DNA of 64,000 bases from Candidatus Spongiisociaceae bacterium (GCA_965219685.1 CBDCOH010000002.1:2848001-2912000); one strand, 5' to 3'; shown: positions 45,315-55,177, counted from the stretch's first letter. Translations and numbers: made by a program. The notes: generated by a model not told the origin, from the letters alone.

Positions 45315-46718
45315 ATGCGAGGGACGGATCGAGAACGGCGGGTCCATCCGTATATTCCTAACTCGGCACCCGGAGTTAGGAGCGAGATGCTCGACTACCT
45401 GGACCTCGACGACGTCTCGGAACTCTACGGGGCTATTCCCGCCGAGCTTCGCCTGGACAGGGCTCTCCGACTCCCGGAGGCGATCCTCTCGGAGCACGAT
45501 CTCAAGGCTCACGTTCTGGGCCTGCTCGAGGACGTGGTGAGCACGGAGGACTATGCGAGCTTCCTCGGAGGCGGATGCTGGAGGCACTTCGTTCCGGCGA
45601 TCTGCGACGAGATCAACAACCGTCGGGAGTTCGTGACCGCCTACGCCGGCGACGCGTACTCGGACCATGGCAAGCATCAGGCCTGGTTCGAGTGGCAGAG
45701 CCTGATGGGCGAACTTCTTGAGGCGGACTTCGTGTCCCTGCCCACCTATGACTGGATGGCCGCGACCTCCAGCGCCTTGCTGATGACCGCCCGCCTGACC
45801 GGGAGGAGCGAGGTGGTCGTCCCCCGCAACCTGAACCCAGAGAAGCTCTCCCACATGAGCAACTACTGCCGGGCAGGTCTCGAGGCCATCCGCACAGTGT
45901 CCTTCGACCCTTCCACCGGGGAGATCGACCTCGACCACCTCCGGGAGCAGTTGTCCGAGTCAACCGCCGCGGTGTACTTCGAGAATCCGACCTTCCTCGG
46001 CACGATCGAAGGACGGGCCCCCGAGATCGTGGAGGCGGCACACCAGGTAGGTGCCCTGTGCGTGGTTGGGGTCGACCCGATCTCGCTGGGGGTCCTCGCC
46101 CCGCCCGCGGCCTACGGGGCCGACCTGGTGGTGGGCGAGGTCCAGCCCCTCGGCGCCCACCTGCAGGCGGGCGGCGCGACTTGTGGATTCATCGCCGGCG
46201 ACGACGATCCCCGCTTCGCCGCGGAGTACCCGACCCTGCTGGAGACCATCACCACCACCGAGCGAGAAGGATCGTGGGGCTTCGGATGGGCTACGTTCGA
46301 ACGCACGTCGTTCACCAAGAGAGGCTTGTCGGATGACTTCACCGGGACCACCAGCGGCCTGTGGGCGATCACCGCAGCCGTCTACCTGGCGCTGCTGGGA
46401 CCCCACGGCATCCGGGAGGTGGGCGAGACGATCATGCAGAAGTCCCACTACACGAAGGCCTGTCTCGGGGAACTGCCCGGAGTGGATGTCGGGCCTACGG
46501 CCACCCCGTTCAAGGAATTCGTGGTCGACTTCACCGGAACCGGACGGACGGTTGCCGGGATCAACGGGGCGTTGCTAGAATCGGGGATCCTCGGCGGCCA
46601 GGACCTGTCGGCGGACTTCCCCGAACTGGGCCAGAGCGCCCTCTACTGCGTCACCGAGGTAACGCCGCTGGAACACATCGACCGGTTGACCGGGACGTTG
46701 GCGGAGATCGTCCGGTGA
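45315..46718 (+). CDS. gcvPA: Glycine dehydrogenase subunit 1-like (GcvPA, divergent)
   Basis: HPYIPNS, FLGGGCWRHFVP, EFVTAY, YFENPTFLG and PPAAYGADLVVGE. Confidence 0.88.
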   Translation: MRGTDRERRVHPYIPNSAPGVRSEMLDYLDLDDVSELYGAIPAELRLDRALRLPEAILSEHDLKAHVLGLLEDVVSTEDYASFLGGGCWRHFVPAICDEINNRREFVTAYAGDAYSDHGKHQAWFEWQSLMGELLEADFVSLPTYDWMAATSSALLMTARLTGRSEVVVPRNLNPEKLSHMSNYCRAGLEAIRTVSFDPSTGEIDLDHLREQLSESTAAVYFENPTFLGTIEGRAPEIVEAAHQVGALCVVGVDPISLGVLAPPAAYGADLVVGEVQPLGAHLQAGGATCGFIAGDDDPRFAAEYPTLLETITTTEREGSWGFGWATFERTSFTKRGLSDDFTGTTSGLWAITAAVYLALLGPHGIREVGETIMQKSHYTKACLGELPGVDVGPTATPFKEFVVDFTGTGRTVAGINGALLESGILGGQDLSADFPELGQSALYCVTEVTPLEHIDRLTGTLAEIVR

Positions 46719-48283
46719 CCGGCTCGGCCCCCCTCAGGGACGGTTTCCACGCCGCCAGGTGGTTGGAACCGCTCATAACGGAACTGGGAACGCCCGGCGA
46801 ACGGGGCGTGATCCCTCCCGCTGCCGAACCCGCCATCCGCGATGCGGTGGGAGATGTCCTCAAGTCGATCCCCACACGCTTGCGGCGGGCCCGGGCCCCG
46901 GAGCTTCCCGAACTGTCCCAGCCCCAGCTGCTGCGCCACTACCTGCGCCTCTCCCAAGAGACCCTGGGCGCGGCCGTGAACATCGACATCGGACTCGGCA
47001 CCTGCACGATGAAGTACAACCCGGTGGTCAACGACGTGGTCGGGAGCGATCCGAAAGTTACCCAGGTCCATCCCAACCAACCGCCCGAGACGATCCAGGG
47101 GCTGCTCCGGATCCTTCACGCCCTCGAGTCCCAGTTGTGCGAGATCTCCGGCATGGACGCGTTCAGCCTCCAACCTGCGGGAGGGGCAGCCGCCATCTTC
47201 ACCAACGCCTCGATCATGCGGGCCCACCACGAGCGCAACGGCGAGAGCGGGCGGCGGGACGAGATCATCACGACGGTGTTCTCCCACCCGGCCGACGCGG
47301 CCGGCCCGGCCACCGCCGGCTACAAGGTGATCACGCTTTATCCCGGCGACAACGGCTATCCCGACTTCGAGGCCCTGAGGGCTGCCGTCTCGGACCGGAC
47401 CGCCGGGCTGATACTCACCAATCCGGAGGACACGGGAATCTTCAACCCGAGGGTCCGCGACTACACGGAGGCGGTTCACGCCGCCGGAGGCGTGTGCGCC
47501 ATCGACCAGGCCAACGCCAACGGCACCCTCGGGATCACGAGGGCGAAGGAACTCGGGTTCGACCTGTGCCACTTCAACCTGCACAAGACGTTCTCCACCC
47601 CGCACAACTCCGAGGGACCGGCACTGGGCGCGGTCGGCGTGCGAGAGGAGTTCGCCCCGTACCTGCCCGTGCCGGTGATCACCCGCTCAGACGACGGTGG
47701 CTACCGGCTGGACTACGACCGGCCGCATTCGATCGGCAAGGTCAAGGGCTTCCTCGGCAATGTGGGAACCGCAGTCCGCGCCTACGCCTGGATCATGGCC
47801 CTCGGTGCGGACGGCCTGAGAACCGTCGCCGAGACCGCGGTGCTGAACAACAACTACCTGGCCAGGAAACTCGACGAGATAAGGGGCATCAGCGTGCCGT
47901 ACGGGGACACGGCCGGTTACCGGCTCCAGGAGGTTCGCTACAGCTGGGAACAACTCCACGAGGAGACCGGAGTCGGGACCAACGACGTGAAGAACCGGAT
48001 GCTGGACTACGGGGTCAACAGCTACTTCACCAGCCACGAACCCTGGTTGGTCGCCGAACCCTTCACCCCCGAGGCCGCAGAGTCCTACTCGAAGGAGGAC
48101 CTGGACGAGTACGCAGCAATCATCGCAAGGGTGGTCGAAGAGGCCTACACGGACCCGCAACGGGTCAGGTCGGGCCCCCGGCGGAGCTCGATCTCGGGGA
48201 TGGACGATGGTCCGCTGGTCGACCCGGCACAGGTCGTCACCACGTGGAGGGCTTGGAAGAAACGACTGAGTGGTGAGTGGTGA
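46715..48283 (+). CDS. gcvPB: Glycine dehydrogenase subunit 2-like (GcvPB, divergent)
   Basis: RHYLRLSQ, GTCTMKYNP and PLP lysine in HFNLHKTFSTPH. GTG start overlaps the gcvPA stop. Confidence 0.88.
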   Translation: MTGSAPLRDGFHAARWLEPLITELGTPGERGVIPPAAEPAIRDAVGDVLKSIPTRLRRARAPELPELSQPQLLRHYLRLSQETLGAAVNIDIGLGTCTMKYNPVVNDVVGSDPKVTQVHPNQPPETIQGLLRILHALESQLCEISGMDAFSLQPAGGAAAIFTNASIMRAHHERNGESGRRDEIITTVFSHPADAAGPATAGYKVITLYPGDNGYPDFEALRAAVSDRTAGLILTNPEDTGIFNPRVRDYTEAVHAAGGVCAIDQANANGTLGITRAKELGFDLCHFNLHKTFSTPHNSEGPALGAVGVREEFAPYLPVPVITRSDDGGYRLDYDRPHSIGKVKGFLGNVGTAVRAYAWIMALGADGLRTVAETAVLNNNYLARKLDEIRGISVPYGDTAGYRLQEVRYSWEQLHEETGVGTNDVKNRMLDYGVNSYFTSHEPWLVAEPFTPEAAESYSKEDLDEYAAIIARVVEEAYTDPQRVRSGPRRSSISGMDDGPLVDPAQVVTTWRAWKKRLSGEW

Positions 48284-48357
48284 ATGGTGAGTCGTGAATG
48301 GTGAATGGTGAATGGTGAGTCGTGAATGGTGAATGGTGAATGGTGAATAGTGAATAG
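48267..48357. repeat. Heptamer tandem repeat, 13 units (TGAATGG/TGAGTGG/TGAGTCG/TGAATAG)
   Basis: Direct reading; includes the gcvPB stop codon. Confidence 0.92.
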
Positions 48358-48394
48358 GGAAGGGCCACCACCAGCCACCAACTAGGGTCGGCCC

Positions 48395-49501
48395 ATGAAG
48401 ATCACCTCCGTGGACGTCTGGCCGGTGAGCATCCCGTTCGTAAAGCCCTTCGAGGTGTGGAGGGGGGTGGCCCGGACCAAGGACCACGTCATCGTGGAGG
48501 TGCACACCGACGAGGGGATCAGCGGGATCGGCGAGGCCTCACCGTTCCTCTACTACGCGGCCGAGACCCAGGAGGATGTGGTCGCGACGTTGACCAACCA
48601 CCTGGCCCCGATGGTCCGGGGCTTGGACCCTTTCGACACCGAGAGGCTGAACAGGCTGTTCGACACGGTCGTGGACGGTCACCAGTTCTCGAAGGCCGCC
48701 GTCGAGATGGCCCTGTGGGACATCGTCGGCAAGGCCCTCGGAGTACCCGTCTACCGGCTGCTCGGGGGCAAGGTCAGGGACGCGGTGGAGGTGATCGCGC
48801 TCCTTGACAACGGGCCCCCAGCGGCGATGGCCGCCCAGGCCGCCGACCGGGTCGAGGCCGGCTACCGGCACCTGAAGGTGAAGATCGGATTCGATCCCGC
48901 CACCGACGTGGCAATGGTGACCGCGGTGGTCGGCGCGGTGGGTCGATCGGTTTCGGTGCGGGTCGACGCTGAGGAGAGCTACGACCTCAAGACCTCCCTG
49001 CGGATCGCGCGCCGGCTGGAGGAGTTGGAGGTGGAGTTGCTATCCCAGCCGATCTCCCGCCACCACCACCGGCAGATGGCTCGGCTACGGGAGGCGATCT
49101 CGATCCCGTTGCTCGTGGACGAGAGCATCGAGATACCCGCCGACGTGATGCTGGCCACCGAACTCGGCACCGGTGACCTGGTCAACATCAAGGTAGTGAA
49201 GTGCGGCGGGATCCTCAAGGCCAAGCGGATGGCAGCCATCGCCGAAGGGGCCGGGATGGACTGCCTGGTCGGCAGCATGATCGAGATGGGCCCCGGAACC
49301 GTCTGCGGGGCCCATGTGGCCATCTCGACCCCGAACGTCACCTATGCCAGCGAGTTGGTGGGGCCTCAGATGATCGCCGACGACGTGCTGGTCGACCCCA
49401 TCGAGATCCACCAGGGGAGGATCCAACTCCCTGACCGGCCCGGGCTGGGAGTGGAGTTGGACAGGGAGCGGCTGGCCCGGTACGCGACCACCGCGTCCTG
49501 A
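48395..49501 (+). CDS. Enolase superfamily, mandelate racemase/muconate lactonizing enzyme (dipeptide epimerase-like)
   Basis: GIGEA, AAVEMALWDIVGK, KxK motif LKVKIG, DES and NIKVVKCGG. Confidence 0.9.
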   Translation: MKITSVDVWPVSIPFVKPFEVWRGVARTKDHVIVEVHTDEGISGIGEASPFLYYAAETQEDVVATLTNHLAPMVRGLDPFDTERLNRLFDTVVDGHQFSKAAVEMALWDIVGKALGVPVYRLLGGKVRDAVEVIALLDNGPPAAMAAQAADRVEAGYRHLKVKIGFDPATDVAMVTAVVGAVGRSVSVRVDAEESYDLKTSLRIARRLEELEVELLSQPISRHHHRQMARLREAISIPLLVDESIEIPADVMLATELGTGDLVNIKVVKCGGILKAKRMAAIAEGAGMDCLVGSMIEMGPGTVCGAHVAISTPNVTYASELVGPQMIADDVLVDPIEIHQGRIQLPDRPGLGVELDRERLARYATTAS

Positions 49502-49503
49502 AG

Positions 49504-50613
49504 GTGGCAGGGCCGGGCCGGCTCGGGCTGGTGGTCAATCCCTGGGCCGGGATCGGAGGGCCGGTCGGCCTCAAGGGCTCGGACGGGTCCGCCACACGGG
49601 ACCGGGCCCTCCGGCTCGGCGCGGCGCCCGTCGCGCCCGGGCGCGCCCTGCAGATGCTGGCGGCCCTGAAGTCGTCGGATCCGCCGCCGCTGATCACGTA
49701 CCCGGCCGAGATGGGGGCTGACAAGGCTGCCGAGGCCGGGTTGGACCATAGGGTGCTGGGATCTATCGAGGCAGGCGCCACCACCGCGGAGGACACGATG
49801 CGTGCTGCCGCCGAGCTCAGGACCTCCGGGGTCGAGCTCCTCGCCTTCGTAGGCGGCGACGGGACCGCCCGTGACGTGCTCGACGCGGTCGGCACCGAGG
49901 TTCCGGTCATCGGGGTTCCCGCCGGTGTGAAGATGCACTCCAGCGTGTTCGCCCTCAATCCGAGGAGGGCGGCCGACGTCATAACCGCCTACCTCCACGG
50001 CCGGACCGGGACCCGGCCGGGCGAGGTCATGGACATCGACGAGGATCTGGCCAGGGCCGGCCGGTTGTCGGCAGAGCTGCACGGTTACCTGCAGGTGCCC
50101 GACCAGCCCCGCCTCGTCCAGGGCCCCAAGAGCCCTTCGCGCCGGAGTGGCGAAGCGTCGGGCATCGCCCGGCGGATGGTGGAGGAGATGGACCCGGAGA
50201 CCTGCTACATCCTGGGGCCGGGAACCACTATTAGGGCGATCACCGACGCGATGGGCATCGACAAGACCCTGCTGGGGGTGGACGCGGTGTACCGGGGAGG
50301 GCTGGTGGGTCGTGACCTGGCCGAGTACCAACTGCTGGAGCTGGCGGACGCCTACCCCTGCAAGGTGGTGGTCGCCGCGGTCGGAGGCCAGGGTTACGTG
50401 CTCGGCCGGGGCAACCAGCAGATCAGCCCGGAAGTGATAGGAAAGGTCGGTGCCGCCAACATCATGATCCTGGCCACGACGGAGAAGCTGGCCGCGCTGA
50501 CCGGGCCGCTGCGGGTCGACACCGGTGACCCGGAGTGCGACCGGTCCCTCACCGGATACCGCCGGGTGATCACCGGACCCGACCAGGACTCGGTGGTCAG
50601 GGTGGAGGCTTAG
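49504..50613 (+). CDS. ATP-NAD kinase family protein (COG3199-like)
   Basis: VNPWAGIGGPVGLKGSDG, GGDGTARD, PAGVKMHS and GRGNQQISP. Confidence 0.88.
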   Translation: MAGPGRLGLVVNPWAGIGGPVGLKGSDGSATRDRALRLGAAPVAPGRALQMLAALKSSDPPPLITYPAEMGADKAAEAGLDHRVLGSIEAGATTAEDTMRAAAELRTSGVELLAFVGGDGTARDVLDAVGTEVPVIGVPAGVKMHSSVFALNPRRAADVITAYLHGRTGTRPGEVMDIDEDLARAGRLSAELHGYLQVPDQPRLVQGPKSPSRRSGEASGIARRMVEEMDPETCYILGPGTTIRAITDAMGIDKTLLGVDAVYRGGLVGRDLAEYQLLELADAYPCKVVVAAVGGQGYVLGRGNQQISPEVIGKVGAANIMILATTEKLAALTGPLRVDTGDPECDRSLTGYRRVITGPDQDSVVRVEA

Positions 50614-50776
50614 TGGTCCCGCCGAAGGGTGACTCGCCGTCGCCTGCTTGCCGTCGACGCCCCTCGGTGCGTTCCTCCTCCTCAACGTACGCTTCCGGTA
50701 CGCCGTCGCCGGCGGGCATCGGGAGGACCGCCGCCGGTGGCGCACGTCGCACCGCCACTTCACCGAGAGACCACTA

Positions 50777-51637
50777 GTGCTGGCCGCAGTGGCCCTCTTA
50801 GGCGTCGCATTCGGAGTTCTCGGCGCCGTCGCGGTCGGAGTCGGGGACTTTCTCGGCGGTGTAGCCAGCCGGAGGTCCACCGCATGGGGGGTGACCGCCG
50901 TCGCCTGGTTGGGCCAAGCCCCACCTATGGTGGGACTCGCCTACCTGCTCGAGGGTGGCCTGGATGCAGCGGCGATCGGGCCGGGTCTGGTGGCCGGCGT
51001 GGCCGGCGCTGCCGGAGGGGTGTTCCTCTACGGCGGTATCGCCCGGGGGGAAGTCGCCATCGTCGCCGCGACCTCCGGGGTCCTCGCATCGAGCGGGGCT
51101 GCGATGTACGACGCAGTGACCGGCGTGGCGTTGGCCACGGTCACCTGGGCGGGCATCGCGCTCGCCGTGCCGGCCATCGTGCTCGTCGCGGGAGGAGCCG
51201 CAGACATCGGGACGGTCTCCCTGCGCGGTCTGGGCGCCGGTCTGGCCGCCGGTGCGTCGTTCGCGCTGTTCTACGTCTTGATCGGTGTTACCGGGGGCGA
51301 GAACGGGGACCCCACCGTACTTGCGGTGGTGGCCGCCACGGCAGGTCTGTTGCTCTTGGTCACAGCTCCTCTACGGCCGGGACCGGTTATGCCGAGGGGA
51401 TCGGCGCTCGGGATCTCTCTCGCCGCCGCGGCGCTGTCCGGCCTGCATCTCGTCTCGCTGCTGTTCGCGGTGGAGTACGGGTCGGTTGCCACCGGAACCG
51501 TCCTGGTCTCCCAGTACCCGGCCTTCACCGTGCTGATGGCAGCCCTCGTTTGGCGCCAGAGGCCTACCCGTCTCCAGATCGCAGGGCTCCTGCTGGCGCT
51601 GGTGGCGGTCGGGATGATCGCGTCGGGAACTCCATGA
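50777..51637 (+). CDS. EamA/DMT family transporter
   Basis: About 10 hydrophobic helices; GVGDFLGG and SQYPAFTVL. Start taken at GTG 50777. Confidence 0.82.
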   Translation: MLAAVALLGVAFGVLGAVAVGVGDFLGGVASRRSTAWGVTAVAWLGQAPPMVGLAYLLEGGLDAAAIGPGLVAGVAGAAGGVFLYGGIARGEVAIVAATSGVLASSGAAMYDAVTGVALATVTWAGIALAVPAIVLVAGGAADIGTVSLRGLGAGLAAGASFALFYVLIGVTGGENGDPTVLAVVAATAGLLLLVTAPLRPGPVMPRGSALGISLAAAALSGLHLVSLLFAVEYGSVATGTVLVSQYPAFTVLMAALVWRQRPTRLQIAGLLLALVAVGMIASGTP

Positions 51638-51668
51638 TCGTGGTCGGTCGCCCGCGTAGGGCCGGGAA

Positions 51669-52760
51669 GTGATGCGGCGGGTCGACGTCCGGCGGGCGGG
51701 CGGGGTGGGCCACTACCTGGTGGTACTCACCCTGGTGTTCCTACCGGGATGCGCCACCGTTCCTCCGGCGGAGCCTCCGACGACGGCTACCGAGCGGCAA
51801 CCTGGGATGGCCGATGCGGCGCCCGCCTCCGTCGCTTCGACCTCGAGCACCCGCCCCCCAGACACCGTCCCGGCCCCGGCGCCCCAGCCGGAGCAGCAGC
51901 CAACTTCCACCACGGTCACCCCCTCCGCGACGACAGCGACCACGAGAGTCACGCCCGACGTTCCAACCCTTCCGACCACCACCGGAGCCGGCGCGGCAGC
52001 AGCAGCCGAACCCGACGACGACCCCGTGACGGCCGAACCGTCCGGGACCCAGGAGGTCCTCGTGCTGGACTCCCTACCCCACGACTCTTCGGCCTTCACC
52101 CAGGGTCTGGTCCTCGACGACGGGGTGTTCTACGAGAGTACCGGACTCTACGGTTCCTCCACCGTGCGGATCGTCGATCCCGAGACCGGTGAAGTGCTCG
52201 CTTCGGTGAGCCTCGACGACCGTTACTTCGGGGAAGGCCTGGAGGTGGTGGACGGGCGGGTGGTCCAGCTGACGTGGAAGGAGCAGACCGCGTTCGTATG
52301 GGACGCCGCCACGCTGGAACCGCTGGGAGCCTACACCTACGACGGGGAGGGCTGGGGACTGTGCGCCCTGGAGGACCGCTTCGTGATGAGCGACGGATCC
52401 TCGACCCTGACGTTCCGGGACCTGTACAGCTTCGAGGTCACCGGGAGCGTGGAGGTGGTGTACCGCGGCGAGCCGGTCGACAGGCTCAACGAACTGGAGT
52501 GCGTCGGGGATCTGGTCTACGCCAACGTGTGGCTCTCCGACGGGATCGTCGTGATCGCGGCGGGATCGGGCGAGGTCCTGGCGCGCGTCGACGCTTCGTC
52601 CCTCCGCGGGGAGTTGTCGTCCAGCGAGGGGGTAGACGTGCTAAACGGGATCGCGTACGACCCGGACCGCCGGCTGTTCTATCTGACCGGGAAGCTCTGG
52701 CCGGAGATCTTCGAGGTCAGGATCGGCGATGGTCCCGGACCGGCGTCCGCCCGACAGTGA
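51669..52760 (+). CDS. Glutaminyl-peptide cyclotransferase lipoprotein
   Basis: Lipobox LPGC, P/T linker, FTQGL, YESTG, FGEG, EGWG, LNELE and VLNGIAYD. Confidence 0.92.
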   Translation: MMRRVDVRRAGGVGHYLVVLTLVFLPGCATVPPAEPPTTATERQPGMADAAPASVASTSSTRPPDTVPAPAPQPEQQPTSTTVTPSATTATTRVTPDVPTLPTTTGAGAAAAAEPDDDPVTAEPSGTQEVLVLDSLPHDSSAFTQGLVLDDGVFYESTGLYGSSTVRIVDPETGEVLASVSLDDRYFGEGLEVVDGRVVQLTWKEQTAFVWDAATLEPLGAYTYDGEGWGLCALEDRFVMSDGSSTLTFRDLYSFEVTGSVEVVYRGEPVDRLNELECVGDLVYANVWLSDGIVVIAAGSGEVLARVDASSLRGELSSSEGVDVLNGIAYDPDRRLFYLTGKLWPEIFEVRIGDGPGPASARQ

Positions 52761-52782
52761 CCGGGCCACCGGTCGTGGCTCC

Positions 52783-53262
52783 TCAGCGGTACCCGGCGTC
52801 GGCGTAGTCCCCGCTGGGGACGGGTGAGCGCGAGGGAGACAGGAGCGAAGCACCCAGCCGACCCATCTCGTAGAGCCATGCCCGGACGTTGTCATGTGGC
52901 CCGACGGTCACGGTCACCGCGACCCGTTGATACAGGTTGTCGGCGGGATCCCCGTGCGGGTCGTATCCCTCCAGGTGGTCGACATCCGAGAGCACCCGGT
53001 CGTACATCGCCGGAGTCGGCCACACCACCTCGACGACCAACCTCCCACCCGGGCGGCGCCGGGCGTAGGGGATCCGGTCCACCACCAGTTCGTACCCGCT
53101 AACCAGTCCCGCCGCTACCCGGTGGATCCGCCCGGCGAGGAGCCCGTGGTTGCCGAACCCGGAGCGGAGGGTGCCGTACACAGCCAGGGGCAACCGGTCC
53201 GTCAGTGCTGCGTCGTCAGTGGACCGCCTCTGCGACCTGTTCTCACGGGCTGTACGTGTCAC
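52783..53262 (-). CDS. Gamma-glutamylcyclotransferase (AIG2-like) family protein
   Basis: VYGTLRSGFGNH, DHLEGY, LYQRV and AWLY. Confidence 0.85.
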   Translation of the reverse strand: MTRTARENRSQRRSTDDAALTDRLPLAVYGTLRSGFGNHGLLAGRIHRVAAGLVSGYELVVDRIPYARRRPGGRLVVEVVWPTPAMYDRVLSDVDHLEGYDPHGDPADNLYQRVAVTVTVGPHDNVRAWLYEMGRLGASLLSPSRSPVPSGDYADAGYR

Positions 53263-53380
53263 AACCCGGCGGCCAGCAGAGGGGGAGGAAAAGAGGGACC
53301 GGCGAACGGATCGGCCTCCCGGAGGGTGACTGCCGACCGGCCTGCGAAGAGTGGCAGACTCACGAGGCTCCGTGCCCTCG

Positions 53381-53456
53381 TTCCTGGACTCGGAACCCAG
53401 GGGCTGCCACTTCGTGAAGAGCCACCCGCGGCGTAAACGCGAGACCCAACAGTGCT
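53381..53456 (-). repeat. Dispersed structured element, copy B
   Basis: Reverse-complement homologue of 34967-35042. Confidence 0.85.
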
Positions 53457-53492
53457 CTGGAGCATGGGAAATAATCCAATTTGATGTAAACC

Positions 53493-53524
53493 ACTATCAA
53501 CTATCAACTATCAACTATCAACTA
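53493..53524. repeat. Heptamer tandem repeat (ACTATCA x4)
   Basis: Direct reading; begins at the stop codon of the minus-strand gene. Confidence 0.85.
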
Positions 53525-53968
53525 AGAAAGTACAGGGCAGGCAGCCAGCCTGTAGGTGCGAAGGCGTTTGCGGAGCGTGTAGAGCAGCAGCGCTACCGCG
53601 GCCAGCCCGACCACGGGTTGCACCGGCGCCCACCAGGTCAGCGCCCCCGAGGTGCCTACCAGGGCCACCACCGCCTGGTTGCACACCGGGCAACCGACCG
53701 CGAGGAACGAAGTGAAACAGCCCCAGATGGTGCGCGTACCCTCGCGATCCCGGGACCGGGCAAGCTCGGCGGAGCCCGACATAGCCGGCCGGATGGCGAA
53801 TATCAGCCCGATCAGCGCGGCGGTTACGACCAGGATCACGTAGTCGATCCAGCGGGTCTCCACGGGACGCCCGAAGACGGGCGTGTCGATGAGATCGGAG
53901 GGCACCGCGATTACGACCGCCGCCACCCCACCGTACAGTAGGGCACGGAGCCACGTGCTCGCGGGCAT
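53522..53968 (-). CDS. Conserved actinobacterial membrane protein with a GCPVCN motif
   Basis: PSDLIDTPVFGR and LAVGCPVCN; four TM helices. Confidence 0.8.
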   Translation of the reverse strand: MPASTWLRALLYGGVAAVVIAVPSDLIDTPVFGRPVETRWIDYVILVVTAALIGLIFAIRPAMSGSAELARSRDREGTRTIWGCFTSFLAVGCPVCNQAVVALVGTSGALTWWAPVQPVVGLAAVALLLYTLRKRLRTYRLAACPVLS

Positions 53969-54298
53969 CGACTTCAACTCCCTGATCACAGGTGGGATGC
54001 TACCGGCCCGGCCCGGGTACCCGAGTGGCCGGCTCCGCGGTGGGGCGGGGCGGTGACATGACCGAGTCGCCGCCGGAAGCCGGAACCGCCCGGCAGCCAT
54101 CCCCACTCCATGCGACCCGGGCGGTCATAGCGCCCCCTTTGGTGTTCTCGCGGCACATACCTCTAGAATCGCAGGCGCCACTCGTGCATGATGTCGTGCA
54201 TGTGGCTCCAACAGAAACGATCCTGCACCCTGAGAAGGTGCCTTCCCGGACCCGGTGGACCACCAGGTCGGGATGTCCGAAGGAGGTGACGCACTTCG

Positions 54299-54628
54299 AT
54301 GCGCACGTATGAGTTGATGACCATCCATAGGCCCGAAATGGCCGAGCCCGATGCCCGGCGGCAGTCGCGCATCCTCGAGAAGTTCCTCACCGAGGTCGGG
54401 GCCAGCGTCTCCGATATCGACTTCTGGGGCAAGCGGCGCCTCGCTTACGAGATCGACAAGGCGAACGAGGGCTACTACACCGTCCTCACCTTCGAGGGGG
54501 AGTCCCATCATGTCACCGCCCTGGACCGGGCGCTGTCCCTTTCCGACACGGTGATGCGACACAAGATCATCCGGCCCGAAGCCCGCCCCGTCCGGGCCTC
54601 CCGGAAGGGGGCGAAGCGGGACGGATAG
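54299..54628 (+). CDS. rpsF: 30S ribosomal protein S6
   Basis: MRTYELM, WGKRRLAYEI and VMRHKI. Confidence 0.96.
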   Translation: MRTYELMTIHRPEMAEPDARRQSRILEKFLTEVGASVSDIDFWGKRRLAYEIDKANEGYYTVLTFEGESHHVTALDRALSLSDTVMRHKIIRPEARPVRASRKGAKRDG

Positions 54629-54632
54629 CACC

Positions 54633-54654
54633 TGTCACACCCCTAGGGCATAGT
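54633..54654 (+). promoter_or_regulatory. RecA-NDp/PafBC-like internal promoter of ssb
   Basis: TGTCAC-acccctaggg-CATAGT in the rpsF-ssb gap. Confidence 0.7.
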
Positions 54655-54706
54655 GACATGACAATTGAGAAGCAGGACACTCAGGACGAGAGGCAGGGAA
54701 GAACTA

Positions 54707-55162
54707 ATGCCAGACAACTCAGTGACGGTGGTCGGCAACCTGGTCGAGGATCCGGAGCTACGTTTCACGCCATCCGGCGTGGCGATGGCAAGGCTCCGCG
54801 TGGCCGTGAACCGAAGGTGGATGAACCGCAACACCAACGAGTGGGAGGAGGAAGCGAGCTTCTTCTCTGCAACGTGCTGGCGGGAGATGGCCGAGAACGC
54901 GTCGGAGTCGCTCCAGAAGGGATCGAGGGTGATCATCAACGGCCGGCTCCAGCAGCGCTCCTGGGAGACCCAGGAAGGGGAGCGCCGCTCGATGATCGAG
55001 ATCTCCGTAGACGAGATCGGACCCAGCCTCCGGTGGGCGACGGCGTCGGTGACCCGCACCCCTCGGAGGGGCGGGGACAATTGGGGCGGCGGCCGGCCCG
55101 CGGCCCGACCGCCCGGACCGGTCGCCCGGGAGACCTACGGGCCCGACGAGGCCCCCTTCTAG
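54707..55162 (+). CDS. ssb: Single-stranded DNA-binding protein
   Basis: VGNLVEDPELRFTPSG, DEIGPSLRWA and the acidic tail DEAPF. Confidence 0.97.
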   Translation: MPDNSVTVVGNLVEDPELRFTPSGVAMARLRVAVNRRWMNRNTNEWEEEASFFSATCWREMAENASESLQKGSRVIINGRLQQRSWETQEGERRSMIEISVDEIGPSLRWATASVTRTPRRGGDNWGGGRPAARPPGPVARETYGPDEAPF

Positions 55163-55177
55163 AAGGAGTCGAGGATC

